From Octopus sinensis (taxonomy: Eukaryota), in assembly GCF_006345805.1 (NCBI RefSeq), contig NC_043013.1:37572001-37636000 (forward strand): 64,000 nt of DNA, given 5' to 3'. Numbering within the stretch: the first letter of the stretch is position 1; each line of letters begins with the position of its first letter. The notes under the pieces were generated by a model. It made no database searches, was not told the origin of the DNA, and saw only the letters and a program-made list of their open reading frames with translations. Below, piece after piece: positions 1 to 14,424 of this stretch. The position numbers were made by a program, and so were the translations under genes.

Positions 1-19
1 GACCAAACGACAACATTCT

Positions 20-262
20 AACGACGAAGTTCATGATGATCGTGATGATCACAATCACGAACATAATGATGACGATGATGATGATGATGAACATGTCCAT
101 GACGACAGGGAAATTTTGGTATACGGTGCCACGCTGTTGCAACTAATACTGGTGGCGACGACAACGACGACGACGATGATGATGATGATGATGATGACGA
201 TGATGAGGATGATGATGATTATTATGATGATGATGATGTTGATGATGATAGTGATGATGAAG
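20..262 (+). repeat. Imperfect (GAT)n trinucleotide microsatellite
   Basis: Long runs of GATGATGAT with GAC/GAG variants; source of the poly-M/poly-I ORFs at 55-334. Confidence 0.95.
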
Positions 263-1354
263 ATCAAGAAAGAGAGGAGTGTGCAGAAGGGGAGGGAGAT
301 TAATGGTAGCATTATTATTACTAATGATTTCTAATGTTTATATGTTGATTACTAATTTAATAACAGTATTAATAATATTTAATATGAATAGAGATAAATT
401 TAACTCCACTGGTAATAAAATATTAATAATAATGATGATTTCTTATCACATCTTCATGTCACAAATGGTACAAATGAATGATGTACGACGTAGATTGTTA
501 AATAATTCATCTGTACCTTGCAGCAATCTTCATCAAATCATTTGTAGCTTCTTTGCCTTTTAATGATTTGTAAGTCTATATGAGAACTAGATGCATAAAT
601 AGAGGAAAGAGAGGAGGGGAGAGATGTGGTGAAGGAGAGGGGATGAGTAAGACAAAGAAAGACGAAATGACACCCACCCACATACATTTATCAATGTATT
701 AAACGGTTATATATATATATATACATATATATATGCGAGGTATTGGTATCCAGAAGTCCCAAGTTGGAAGATAAAGCTAAATGAGTGCCATGGAAGGACC
801 GTAGTTAAACTCTCGGTTCGATACTAACGCGAGTGAAGAATCTAATGCCGGTCATATATAAGCATGAATATATGAAATCAAATGAGTCAACAAAGACAAG
901 GCTATGTGGAATCTTCAGGACATTTATTAAGAGAAAGTTAGTCTTATAGCAGGTTCTGCGATATTAGGGATAGTCTTTCGGCAGAGACGATGTGAGATGG
1001 ATAACTAGAAGGTAATAACAGAGTTCATTATAACGATGCGACTCTCTGCCGTATACCGTTTCCCTCCTCCATTCCTCTTTTAATTCCCTTTTTCTCTGTT
1101 TTCGGTCTGTCTGCCTCTCTCTCTCTCCCGCCTTTCTCTTTGTCTCTCTTTCTCTCACTTTGCTCACATGTGGTCATCGTCCATCTTTCTTTTCATTGCG
1201 TGACCATCTTCCTTTTCCTGCACGGACGTTTAAAAGAACGGACGTGTTTATTTGTCTCTCTCTTCTGTCATTTTTCTTTTCAAAATATAAAAAAAAATGT
1301 TTCTCCCAGCTTCCATTTTTTTTTGTGAATTCTCCCTACACACACACACACACG

Positions 1355-1390
<36 letters not shown>

Positions 1391-1514
1391 GCTTTTAACG
1401 TTAGGCGTAATTTGTTGTTTGTTTAAAATATGAAGAACTACATATTCGAGAAGCTGACTATATTGCTGTTTCCAGTTTAAATTATCACTTAAAAGTTTGT
1501 TGTAGTACTGGACG

Positions 1515-1515
<1 letters not shown>

Positions 1516-1589
<74 letters not shown>

Positions 1590-1617
1590 CAGCAGCAGCA
1601 GCAGCAGCAGCAGCTGC
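1516..1617 (+). repeat. Compound (TAG)n-(CAG)n microsatellite
   Basis: Pure AGT run switching to AGC run. Confidence 0.95.
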
Positions 1618-1916
1618 AACAATATAGTAGTAGAATTTTTATTAGCAGCAGCAGCAACAATATCAAGAGTAGCAGAAACTGCATCGTTAGTTGTAAATGT
1701 TGTTATTGTTGCATTTCATGTCCATTATTTTTATGACCGTTATTTGATTTTTTTTCAATATTCTAGGTTATTTTGTTCATCGTTTCTTTAGATTTATTTG
1801 TTTTCATATGTTTATTTTATTTGTTTCCTCAAATGACATTAACCTTGCTATATTATTTGTGATATATTTATTTATCGACTGTCGCCTTTCTGACATCGGT
1901 ATAGTCGTATATATAT

Positions 1917-1959
<43 letters not shown>

Positions 1960-2400
1960 GTACTTAGATACACACACACACGCACACACACATACATATA
2001 TATATATGCATAGATATACATTCATATGTATACATACATATACTTGTGCATTTTCGTGTGTATAGTTTCCTCGGTTTACTCCTTTTAAACCGTTTCAGTA
2101 TCATTTATATTTTTATACATTGTTCATGTAATTCTTGAGGTTTAATAATTAATGTTTTACATACATTTGTTTTTGTCAAATCAGTCTCAAATTTTTCTAC
2201 AGTCTATACTTCAAATCATTTTTACAGACTTTAGTTGTATAAAGTTAGACTGATTTTAATGTAATATGAATTTTTTTAAAAAATTGAGTTTAGTATTTTT
2301 TGCTATTTATGCATTTAGATTTTTTGTTCTCCCTTTTTGCTATATTTCGTTTTTACCATCATAAATATATAAGTATTCTCTCAGCATTTGTTTTACTGCA

Positions 2401-2958
2401 AGGAGGCGAGCTGGCAGAATCGTTAGCACGCCGGGCGAAATTCTCAGCGGTATTTCGTCTGCCGTTACGTTCTTAGTTCAAATTCCGCCGAGATAGACTT
2501 TGCATTTCATCCTTTCGGGATCGATTAAATAAGTACCAGTTACGCACTGGAGTCGATATAATCGATTTAATCCGTTTGTCCGTCCTTGTTTGTCCCCTCT
2601 GCGTTTAGTCCCTTGTGGGTAGTAAAGAAACAGGTATTTCGTCTGCCGCTACGTTCTGAGTTCAAATTCACCCGAGGTCGACTTTGCTTTTCATCCTTTC
2701 GATTAAATAAGTACCAGTTACGCACTGCGGTCGATATAATCGACTTAATCCGTTTGTCCGACCTTGATTGTCCTCTCTGTGTTTAGCCCCTTGTAGCTAG
2801 TAAAGCATAGGCGTTTCGTCAGCCGTTACATTCTAAATCCAATTTCCACGGAGGTCGATTTTACCTTTCGGTGTCGATAAATTAAGTAACAGTCGATCTA
2901 ATCGACTGGCCCCTCTCCCAAAGTTTCCGACCTTATGCCTAGATTAAAAAGGAATATT
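2401..2958 (+). mobile_element. tRNA-derived SINE (family 1), head plus three tandem ~180-bp body units
   Basis: Head GGCGAGCTGGCAGAATCGTTAGC (A-box-like), B-box-like GAGTTCAAATTCC, body GTCGACTTTGCCTTTCATCCTTTCGGGGTCGAT..AAGTACCAG; units restart at 2450, 2634, 2811; same family at 13832, 21222, 36225, 38356, 41560. Confidence 0.85.
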
Positions 2959-4719
2959 ATTTTCTTTTTTAGTGGAATGAGTTTAAAATTTTGCCATGGT
3001 CGAATTTAACTTCCGACTTATTGAAGTCTATAAAATAAGTACCATGTGGGTTTTGGATTCGATGTAATTGACAAGAGTTTCACCTAAAATTGCTGCCCTT
3101 GTGCCCAAATCTCAAAACACTCTTCGTTTCGTTGTTGATTTATGAACAGAAAAATTTACTACATGTTTTCCTTGCTTTCTCTTCTTTTTAGAATTTACTT
3201 GTTCATTAGATATTTTTCAAGGCGTGGAAAATACTTATAATTTTACGTACAAAAACATCAAGCAGAATCAAATCAATATCTGAATTAGCTTATCACAGTT
3301 CTATTTAATTATATAATAGTCTTTTTGTAATCGATGTAGTTTGTCATTAGTAGCATAGTTCATTCCGCAACAAATTTTGAATTAAAAGAAGGACATACCA
3401 TTTTCGTACCCGGTAGACCTCAATATAAATTATAAAAGTGCAGGTTAGGAACAACAGGGTCTCCCCGACAGTGGGGCCTCCTCTCACCTCTGTGTGGATA
3501 CCATGAACGTTAAAAAAACACCAAGGAGGTCACAAAAGAATATCTACAAAGATCGAAGGACATTTTGCAAAATATTTATCACGAAAAATTAAAATTCATT
3601 ACAAAAAGACATAACAGTTGTGGCTGCAATTCCTTTGATCATATATTCATGATAAGGGCTGACTTACATTAAAGGAGATCTGTAACAATAACAACAACGT
3701 TTGGATAGTGAGGAGAATACATGTTCCGTCTAATGTGCAGTACACTTAGATTTGTACATCTCATAGTAGATAAGATAGTATCGCCATCAGTGACGGGATA
3801 TATCATGAGGAACAATAGTTCTGTAAATACCTATCAGTTTTGCAGGACCGAAGCTACTACGAAGCCTTACACACCATGCATAAGAACCGAAACCATCCCA
3901 CTTCTTCACAGCAAGAAAAATCATCTAAATTCTGTCCAATCCAACGATGAAAAAAACACTCTAAATATTCATACTGTAGAACCTTTACGAATTATAAAGT
4001 GTGTATATTTTATAATATGAAAATGGATAAATGTTATTTTATGGAAATAATATGTTTAGGCACAGTGTTATACATAAAAATGTGTTTTGTGGTTATACAA
4101 AATTATTCTAAATAAAAGAGATAATTTCTCACAGAGCCTCAATTATCGAAAATAAAATTATCTTGCTTTAAAATTTCCATTGTGCTATTTTAAACAATAA
4201 TTTGAGAATCCAAACATATATTTTCATAATCTGAAGCATTCCTTTTATTCTGAGATCTTTAAATAAATGAACATTGAAGTTAAGAATCTACTATAAAATG
4301 TCTGTGTCGACAACAATAAGCCGAAGTTTAACGTATCATTATATTCTCCTAATCAACTTTAAATGTCAAGAAGTCGAAACGATAGTTTCCTCAACCCTTT
4401 TGGCAATTAAATATGTGAATATTGTCAGAAAATTCTGTTGTACGAATAGGCTCTATGTATGCATCCATACATACAGGCATGCATACATATATTCACACAT
4501 AGATACATATATAAATACAGAGATATAGGCAGACACCTACATATGATAGCAGGCATGTGTGTGAATCTTGGAGTGTGTATGTGTGTGTTTGTGCGTTTGC
4601 GTCTATGTGTATGTGTATGTTTGAGATATTTCAGGCGCACCTTTGTGTTTTACTCTAGTAGAAAATATTTCTGAAGGGGAAAATATTTCTATGCTTAAGG
4701 GAGGTATTACACACACACA

Positions 4720-4761
4720 CATATGTATGTATGCATGTATGTAAATATATATATATATATA

Positions 4762-4816
<55 letters not shown>

Positions 4817-4940
4817 ATATGTATGTATGTATATGTATGTATGTATGTATATGTATATATATATATATATATGTGTGTACATATATATATATATATATAT
4901 CTATATATATATATATATACATACATACATATATATATAT
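4720..4940. repeat. (TA)n/(TATG)n microsatellite complex, representative of dozens in the window
   Basis: Similar tracts at about 1340, 1905, 5320, 10204, 11884, 16600, 18960, 19600, 20660, 26460, 28680, 35055, 41170, 43930, 44470, 46000, 50965, 54125, 58675, 59095, 60040. Confidence 0.97.
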
Positions 4941-5317
4941 ACAGTATACAGTACCTCGAGGCACTGCTAATATAAGCCTTAGGTAAACTAATTCACAATA
5001 TCGCAATAACTGCAAAAGAGTATCTTATTGAAATAGGATAAATTAAAAAAGGAAATATATTAAAAGTTTCGGATATGGTCACAAATTTATATACTTTAAT
5101 ATGGTCTTGTGCGACGTACGTAGTGGCGTGTGCCAGTGCATGGGTGTGCAGCTCTTTCAAAACATGATCATGCAGTATTGTGATGTGGAGGGGAAGAGAT
5201 AATGGAATTCAAAAGACTTTCCTGTTAAATTTCTTTCTATCTCTGGCCGTATTTCCTTGTATATATTTGCGGTGGGTGTGTTTGTGTGTATGTATATATA
5301 AATACGTGGTTGCGGCC

Positions 5318-5355
<38 letters not shown>

Positions 5356-5405
5356 TTACAAGCACATACACATTCACTTACAATATATAACATACGTGTG
5401 TCGCG

Positions 5406-5465
<60 letters not shown>

Positions 5466-7029
5466 TTGAGTTTCGGAGTGACTTTGGACAGAGGGAGAAA
5501 GACTGAGACAGAAAACTAGAGTTATCGAATACGAAACTAATATATGAAGGAAAAAGTAAAATTACTTCTATAGAGGTCCACTTATCTAAACCGGCTGCGA
5601 CACGTCAATGCTGGAGACGCATTTATCTATTATACTTTTCTTTAAAACTTATTTTCTAAAGCACTGGAGCTTTTAGTAATAACACTCTATTTGGGACTAC
5701 ATAGATACATACAGAAATTAAAAACATTAAAGCATGCATATATGTAAGGCTGCTAATTAGCAGAGGTTTTTAGGAGACTTTAACCTATTCATATCTAACA
5801 CCACTACTGAAGAAAGCTGTCGATTTCCATAGTCCTCAACACTAAGAGAAAGCTGAACACTGAGAAGATAATTTAATGGAATGATTATTGCTACTGAGCT
5901 GAAAGTAAAAGATGCAATTTGTTTACTGGTTTTGTTCGTAGGGGCGATGGGACGTAATTATCGAATCAGATGCGACTTTTCTGAAGAACTTCGTAAAGCG
6001 TAATTTTGTAAAATAAAAACAAAAACAAATTACGGTTTGGCAATTACATGGAACACAGTCGCTCGTATAAAAAATATGTTACCTAAAACTAGATGGAAAT
6101 ATTAAAGGAATTAGATTTCAAATTCACTAATATTGCTAAACTATCTTTGGCTAGTATTTTCGGACATTACTTTACATCTGTCCACAGGCATATATTATTC
6201 CCGAGAAGGTCAAAAGCTGAAAATATGTACATACAAACTAATTTCAATTTGATCTGGACAACAACATTTTGAAACACCTATTTTCAATAACATTTCAGTC
6301 AGATTGAACACTGCAATGCTGAAGCAGAAATAATTTCACAACAAATATTCTGCTTAATACCACAGATTTGCTTACGGTATGTGCCTCTCTGATAATGAGC
6401 AGGTGTACTGTTTGGAGCATCATGGCCATGTGTGGAGAGCGATTCTATGGTGTTTGAATAAATTTAACATAAGAAAAATTTGAAGGAAATATAAGCCATT
6501 TTTAAATACTTTCTGGGGGTAAGCAAATACGAAATAAGAGTTGCTACACAAGGACGGAAAGCGTGCTATACAGTGTCATAAAGAAGAATTCCCGATTTAG
6601 TATCAAGTCTGGACAAATTTCACAGACTTTATTTTATTACGAGAAACTGTTTAAGAACAAACTCCTTTCACATCCAGCAAGAAAATGAGGGAAGGTGATT
6701 TTGTATTCCATATTTGAACGTGAGTAAAGCCACAGAGATTACCAGAAAATTTGTAAGTTTCGAAAGGTCGTCACATTTGCCAATGACACACATTCACCAA
6801 ATGCCCTCGACAAAGTAACACTAAAGTCGTCTCTTTATGCCTACATATCGTTGCTTCACTAAAGGTGCGCTCAAATGAACATTATTCCATCAAAATCAAT
6901 TTGCTGAAGAATTGCGACATTTCGCACATTTAGAGGTTTCAAACTCTCTTAAGTATGATGAAACACACACAAGATACACTAACATACACACACACACACA
7001 CACACATGCATACGCACGAACACACACAT

Positions 7030-7108
<79 letters not shown>

Positions 7109-10100
7109 CAATATCTTCTGATAGGAAAAAGAAGAATTATTCGGGTCTCAACACAACAAGTTCGAAATCCGCTGGAATAAAATTATACGCTCATTCAGGT
7201 AGAAGCACAGAGGAGTCACCATTCCCCTTCAAAATAATTCAGGAAATGAGAAACCATGAAATTACAGGTATGAACTTCAACTGAAATATCTCGGATGAAG
7301 ACACTGTAAACACTAAGTTGTGAGGGAATTGTTGAAAATATTTGATGGTGATTCTGAACTACTTATATTATCTATATTGAAAGAAGATTTCGCTCTTCTC
7401 ACTAGTTCCTTGGACACTCAGAATTATAATTACATTCGGCAATGATGGAGTTCAACATAGAATACTCTCCACTATACAGTGATGCAAACAATAATCTACA
7501 TAGATTTTACTTCATAAGCTAGCAGTTATACATCTATTTGTAAAGAAAAACATGCACAGGTATCCAAATCTATTAGTTAATATTTTTGTGTCCTTGTGTA
7601 TTGTCTGTAATATGTGCTTATGTTTTTTTATTCTTGTGTCTGTATAAATGAATTACTATTGCCACAATGTTGCGTAAGTCAGTTACTTGTGCATTGTATC
7701 TTGTCTTTTCCATCATTTGTAGATTGATAAGTATTATCATCTACAGAAACCTCATATCGATGTCATTTATTTCCATGTATTAACTCAGATAAGTTTGTGT
7801 GTTCCGAGTTCAAAACTTAGCAATATTCGCTTAGGAATCATTAATTATATATCTATTATGTTCTTATGACAGTTTTGTGGAAAACATGCAACTATAGACC
7901 TGTATAAATGTTCGTCCGCAAGCTATTATGAGAACTATTTGCTTATGTCACACGAAAATCTATCGGTAATTAAAAATTGTAATGTCGTAATTTATTGAAT
8001 TATAGTATTTGGTAAAAATGCAGATGATAAAATATTTTATGTAACACGTACCTATCTGTACCTGTAAATAGTCACCCATGAAATTATTTTAACTTGAGAT
8101 ACTAAAACATTCTCCAAAAGGGTTCATAAAATTCATTGCACACTTTTATTGCATACGTAGGTAATCGTTGCCGCATTTTATCCTCTGCCATAGCTTAATC
8201 CCAATATTTTCAGCTAATGACTGCTAGTTTAGTTGAAACTGTATTCTCCGTTCGACATATATTTTACCATAAAAGGAAAGTTTGCACGAATAGTAGGAAT
8301 AAGAGCATCCATATGATCTATACATCAAGATTTACGAGAATATAAACTTACTGAAACGAGTATCTCTGAATTTATTTTTTCTGTGAAGAGAATGTATCAG
8401 GTCAGCTGAATATCACTACATGTAGTCGTCTAAATGCATGATGTAAGCTTCAAATTATTACATGAAAGCAAAACACTATCATTATATTTGCAAAACTAAG
8501 TTGATTCTTTCTGCGGTGTTTAAATGCAAATCGTGGTCACTGATATAAACAAACTACATTAGATCCATAATATTTCTACCATTTGAAAGATGAAGCTACA
8601 AAGGAAGAAACGATGCATGAAGCAAAGGATTGATCTGGCCAAGGTTTTAACACATATTTTAGTGCTAATACATTCATAGAAATTGCAATTCAACAACATA
8701 AATCCTTTTTGCTTTTATCAATTATATTACGAAACTAGGTGACAAAGATATCTGTTTATTACTTAATATAGTTCCAGGACTTTACAACATGTAACGCCAT
8801 TTTGATCAGTGGAAGGATGCTGGCTTCGTAATGGAACGAAGGTCAATTATCTATTAATGAAAAAAGATGGTTGCGTTGTTTAAATTCGGTTTCATCTCTC
8901 ACATTATAGTGCTTGCTTAAAGATAATGCAAAATACAACGTTGACTAAGTATGTAAAGAATAGACACTTTATACTTTTACTAAAATGCTATGAGCAGAAA
9001 TATTCCAGACTGTTCGTACAATATGAAATTCTCACCAACAGGTTTCATGAAACTCGTCAGTAAGTACATAATTTCAGAGGAAAAAATGATTATGGAAGAA
9101 TTTAGTACACGATATGATTGCAAAGGAAAAAAATGGAACAGAGTTTAAAATATTACAAAAGATTGCTTATACAAAGTTTCTCTTTATGGAAAGAAAGCGC
9201 GTTTCAAAATCAACTATTTACAGGATACTTGGATGAAACCTCAGCGTGGAAGATTAAGTAGGATTAAAATTCATTGTCATTTGCAAAAATAAGTTTGGTG
9301 ATTGAAATGACTGCATTTAAGGTTTTCTGAATTATAGAAAGAAAAGTACTAAGGACAACAAAATACAGCGAACTACATCGGAGTATGAAACATGGTTCCA
9401 AACGATTGTTAAAATATCCGAGTACATATTCATTATTTAAATAGCAATACTTCTTAATAAATGTAAAAAAGAAATGCGTGCGTTTCAAAGCATGTGAATA
9501 TATATTTTAGTATATTAATGCATATATGTAAATGAATATATAACATGAAACTTTGGCAGTGAACAGGTCGAGTTTCCAAAGCGACGAAAATATATTGACA
9601 CAAATCAAATGAAGTGAATCTAACGGTTTTTTTGTGTGTGTTTTTCAAAGTGCCTTGTAAATACCTTTCACGCTGCAATTATGAAAAGGGAAATGACGCC
9701 AGAAACTCGAGTCCGTGTGTATCATAGGTTGAAGACGGGAAGGATGGCTTCCCTTTGCAAATACTGAAAGGGCACAGAAAGTGTGTCAATGGCCAGCTGG
9801 AGTAGGTGTCCTCCTGGGGCTACAAGCTACACTAGCATACACCCTTAGAGGTTAGCCCCATTTAAGTGGCAAAAAAGTGTGACACATATATATACATAAA
9901 TGCATGTATAAATAGATAGGAATGTATATGAACGTATCTACATACATAAACGCAGATGCAAAGACACAGACAACTCCTCCCTTCACATATATATATATAT
10001 ACATCAAAGAAATTATCAAGAAACATGCCCATTCAGCTGATTTATCTACTTTATCAACGTAAAGAAGACACCGCTAATATTTATTAAATGTAATTATCAA

Positions 10101-10224
10101 ATTATCGAGTTGTAAGGGTTTGTGAAATTAATTCATATTTATGAGAGATCGTACGTTATGATTAAACTAATTACGACTCTGTAACTGTCATTGTCATCTT
10201 CATGTATGTATATATATATATATA

Positions 10225-10285
<61 letters not shown>

Positions 10286-10288
<3 letters not shown>

Positions 10289-10606
10289 CTGGTGTGTGTG
10301 TATACATGCACACACTAGCACATATACACACACATACACACTTCCTACTATTATATATTGAGATATTTATTCATATATTCATGCTCCATGATCTCTCACT
10401 TCACATATTCGACTTGGTTACAGATGCTCTCTTTCACCGTATCTTCGAAAATCAAAGGACAGCAAGCTTCTTATAATTTGCAGTGTTGATGTCTTCTTAG
10501 AAATATTTTATAAATATTTTCTCTTCCCAACGCAGATTCTTATCATAAACCGACTCTCTTTCACCTCTTCCGTTCTGACTGTCTGTCTGAACGCCTGTCT
10601 ACAACT

Positions 10607-10667
<61 letters not shown>

Positions 10668-11890
10668 CCCCGCGCCCTCGCGGTTTCTCTGAAAACCTTT
10701 AATTTTTCATTTTTCTCTACCTTCTTTGTTGTTCTCTTCTTGCTTCAAAGGACGAGGTATTATAAAGTTGTTCATAGACATATTGAATCAGACATATTAT
10801 TCTTGTTAAATGAGAAATGTAAAAACTAATCTATAATTAATTGTGTTATGGTTTGATTCATGTCTTGTATAATCTTCTCAAAATGCATCTCTAATTGATA
10901 TCATCAATTACATTACACATTTTTATCACATAAATTTTAATCATATTATTGTGTTTTTTTTAAATCATGAAAGTAATTATATGATCAAAATTAATAAGAC
11001 TGTTCATAATTGTTATCAGTTTAAAATAAAAATAAACAGTATTCTTCTTCTTCTTGTTTATATTTTTTATTACAAGTAATCAAAAATGTAAAGGCAGTCA
11101 GCATAATTTAATTATATTGCTGAAATTATAATTATAATTGAAGAAAATATTTAAAAAAGTATGGAATAACAAATGTGCTAGTAATTTAATAACGTGTCCA
11201 CACGGAAATGTGAAGCTCAGTATTAGACAGTACAAAACAGTTCTGTATAATGATGTAATTTCAAAACAGTCATATACAAGAGTTATATATTCTCTTCGCA
11301 ACAGCTTGCCAGTGATATCGGCGGAAGTAAATAAATATTAAAAACTTACCAATTTACGAATTCCTTATAACGAATTGTGGGAGTGGGGTTAAAAAATACC
11401 TAAAGAAAGATGAAGTAAATATATTTCTTATGGGACATTGCCAGAAATGTAGCACAGATACATCTAAAGCACCAGTTGGTCGGAAATGCGAGTTTGCTTA
11501 TCGCCGCGCTGATAGCATTGAGGTGGTTTTTGCTTCTGTTACTGATGTTTTTATTTATGTTATTGTTGATTATTCTCCAGTGCTCTCAAACTGGGAAAAG
11601 ACATGATCAAAGGTAACGAAGTAGTGAAGATCCGTCTTTTATTCTTCATTTGGGATTGTAAGATATAATCTGAGAAATATGTGCTCACTATTTCTAGACA
11701 CAGGTATGGCTGTGTGGTTAAGAAGGTCATGCACGTAGATTTGTGTTGAATCTGTGTGGCACTTACCTTAGTGGCACCTGCCTTCAGCAAACTGAATCTG
11801 TGTGGCATCTGTGTGGCACCTACCTTCACCAAGTATCTTCTACTATAGCCCTGAACCGACTAGTATCTTTTTAATAAATTCGCATATATA

Positions 11891-11933
<43 letters not shown>

Positions 11934-12244
11934 CTGGTGTGTGTGTATACTGCACACACTAGCACATATACACACACATACACACTTCCTACTATTATAT
12001 ATTGAGATATTTATTCATATATTCATGCTCCATGATCTCTCACTTCACATATTCGACTTGGTTACAGATGCTCTCTTTCACCGTATCTTCGAAAATCAAA
12101 GGACAGCAAGCTTCTTATAATTTGCAGTGTTGATGTCTTAGAAATATTTTATAAATATTTTCTCTTCCCAACGCAGATTCTTATCATAAACCGACTCTCT
12201 TTCACCCTCTTCCGTTCTGACTGTCTGTCTGAACGCCTGTCTAC

Positions 12245-12288
<44 letters not shown>

Positions 12289-13501
12289 CCCCGCGCCCTC
12301 GCGGTTTCTCTGAAAACCTTTAATTTTTCATTTTTCTCTACCTTCTTTGTTGTTCTCTTCTTGCTTCAAAGGACGAGGTATTATAAAGTTGTTCATAGAC
12401 ATATTGAATCAGACATATTATTCTTGTTAAATGAGAAATGTAAAAACTAATCTATAATTAATTGTGTTATGGTTTGATTCATGTCTTGTATAATCTTCTC
12501 AAAATGCATCTCTAATTGATATCATCAATTACATTACACATTTTTATCACATAAATTTTAATCATATTATTGTGTTTTTTTTAAATCATGAAAGTAATTA
12601 TATGATCAAAATTAATAAGACTGTTCATAATTGTTATCAGTTTAAAATAAAAATAAACAGTATTCTTCTTCTTCTTGTTTATATTTTTTATTACAAGTAA
12701 TCAAAAATGTAAAGGCAGTCAGCATAATTTAATTTATATTGCTGAAATTATAATTATAATTGAAGAAAATATTTAAAAAAGTATGGAATAACAAATGTGC
12801 TAGTAATTTAATAACGTGTCCACACGGAAATGTGAAGCTCAGTATTAGACAGTACAAAACAGTTCTGTATAATGATGTAATTTCAAAACAGTCATATACA
12901 AGAGTTATATATTCTCTTCGCAACAGCTTGCCAGTGATATCGGCGGAAGTAAATAAATATTAAAAACTTACCAATTTACGAATTCCTTATAACGAATTGT
13001 GGGAGTGGGGTTAAAAAATACCTAAAGAAAGATGAAGTAAATATATTTCTTATGGGACATTGCCAGAAATGTAGCACAGATACATCTAAAGCACCAGTTG
13101 GTCGGAAATGCGAGTTTGCTTATCGCCGCGCTGATAGCATTGAGGTGGTTTTTGCTTCTGTACTGATGTTTTTATTTATGTTATTGTTGATTATTCTCCA
13201 GTGCTCTCAAACTGGGAAAAGACATGATCAAAGGTAACGAAGTAGTGAAGATCCGTCTTTTATTCTTCATTTGGGATTGTAAGATATAATCTGAGAAATA
13301 TGTGCTCACTATTTCTAGACACAGGTATGGCTGTGTGGTTAAGAAGGTCATGCACGTAGATTTGTGTTGAATCTGTGTGGCACTTACCTTAGTGGCACCT
13401 GCCTTCAGCAAACTGAATCTGTGTGGCATCTGTGTGGCACCTACCTTCACCAAGTATCTTCTACTATAGCCCTGAACCGACTAGTATCTTTTTAATAAAT
13501 T

Positions 13502-13504
<3 letters not shown>
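10286..13504 (+). repeat. Tandem duplication of a ~1.6-kb unit (10286-11883 and 11931-13504)
   Basis: Near-identical text throughout; ORF-track translations repeat (11138 vs 12760, 11560 vs 13181); units are bounded by (TA)n. Confidence 0.97.
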
Positions 13505-13549
<45 letters not shown>

Positions 13550-13550
13550 G

Positions 13551-13583
<33 letters not shown>

Positions 13584-13831
13584 TGTACGTTCGTGTGTTT
13601 TATATATTTGTGATATCGTATTTGTGTTTATGCTCCTCACGTATATTTCACAACATATGTATGTATTTCACAATAAATGTTTGTCTATTTACGTGCCTGT
13701 AGCTTAGCGGCAAGGGAGAGAGGCCAAAGAGAAGAAATACCTGGACGAAATATAAGTACTGGGGTAAATTTAATCGATAAACAACTTCAAAACTGTGGCC
13801 CTTCTCTGCTTAATATTGGCTTAATTTCTGC

Positions 13832-14048
13832 CAGCGGCGAGCTGGCAGAAAAGTTAGCACACCGGAAGAAATGCTTAAGAGTATTTTGTCTGTCTTTACG
13901 TTCTGAATTCAAATTTCCCCGAGGCAGACTTTACCTTTCATCCTCTCGGGGTCGATGAATTAAGTATTTGTTGCGTAGTGGGCCGATCTGATTGACTGAC
14001 CCCTTACCCAAAATTTCGAGCCTTGTGCCTAGAGTAGAAATGAATATT
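13832..14048 (+). mobile_element. tRNA-derived SINE family 1, single-unit copy
   Basis: GCGGCGAGCTGGCAGAA head, GAATTCAAATTTCC B-box-like motif, 3' end CCTTGTGCCTAGAGTAGAAA. Confidence 0.85.
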
Positions 14049-14424
14049 GGTCCAATGTTATAGTTTTATAGTGAATCTCTATTAGTACATACTGCTACAA
14101 ATGTTACCAGTCATTCGCATCGTATGACAGACAATGCTATTGCGTATCAGTGAGGAAAGTAATAAGGTCTCAAGAGAAATCTCTGTCAGGTTTTTGAGGC
14201 CAGGTTTCTTCAAGCTGAAACGTTCCTCTTTCTCTTATTTTTTAGTAAAACTATTCTAACTTCTCTGAAGGCATCGGATTTATTATGAAAAGGGGTTTGG
14301 GGGAGAATCTTTAGAGCGTCGGACAAAATATTTTGCGATGTTTCTTCCATAACTTCCGTTCCTTAAAAAATACCACTGATATCACATTTTCCTTAAATTT
14401 ATTTCCTTCTACGAATGGACTATG

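Noticed and set aside
2450-2945. Regularly spaced repeats as a CRISPR-like array
   Set aside because: Whole ~180-bp units repeat with no unique spacers; eukaryotic SINE context; no cas genes
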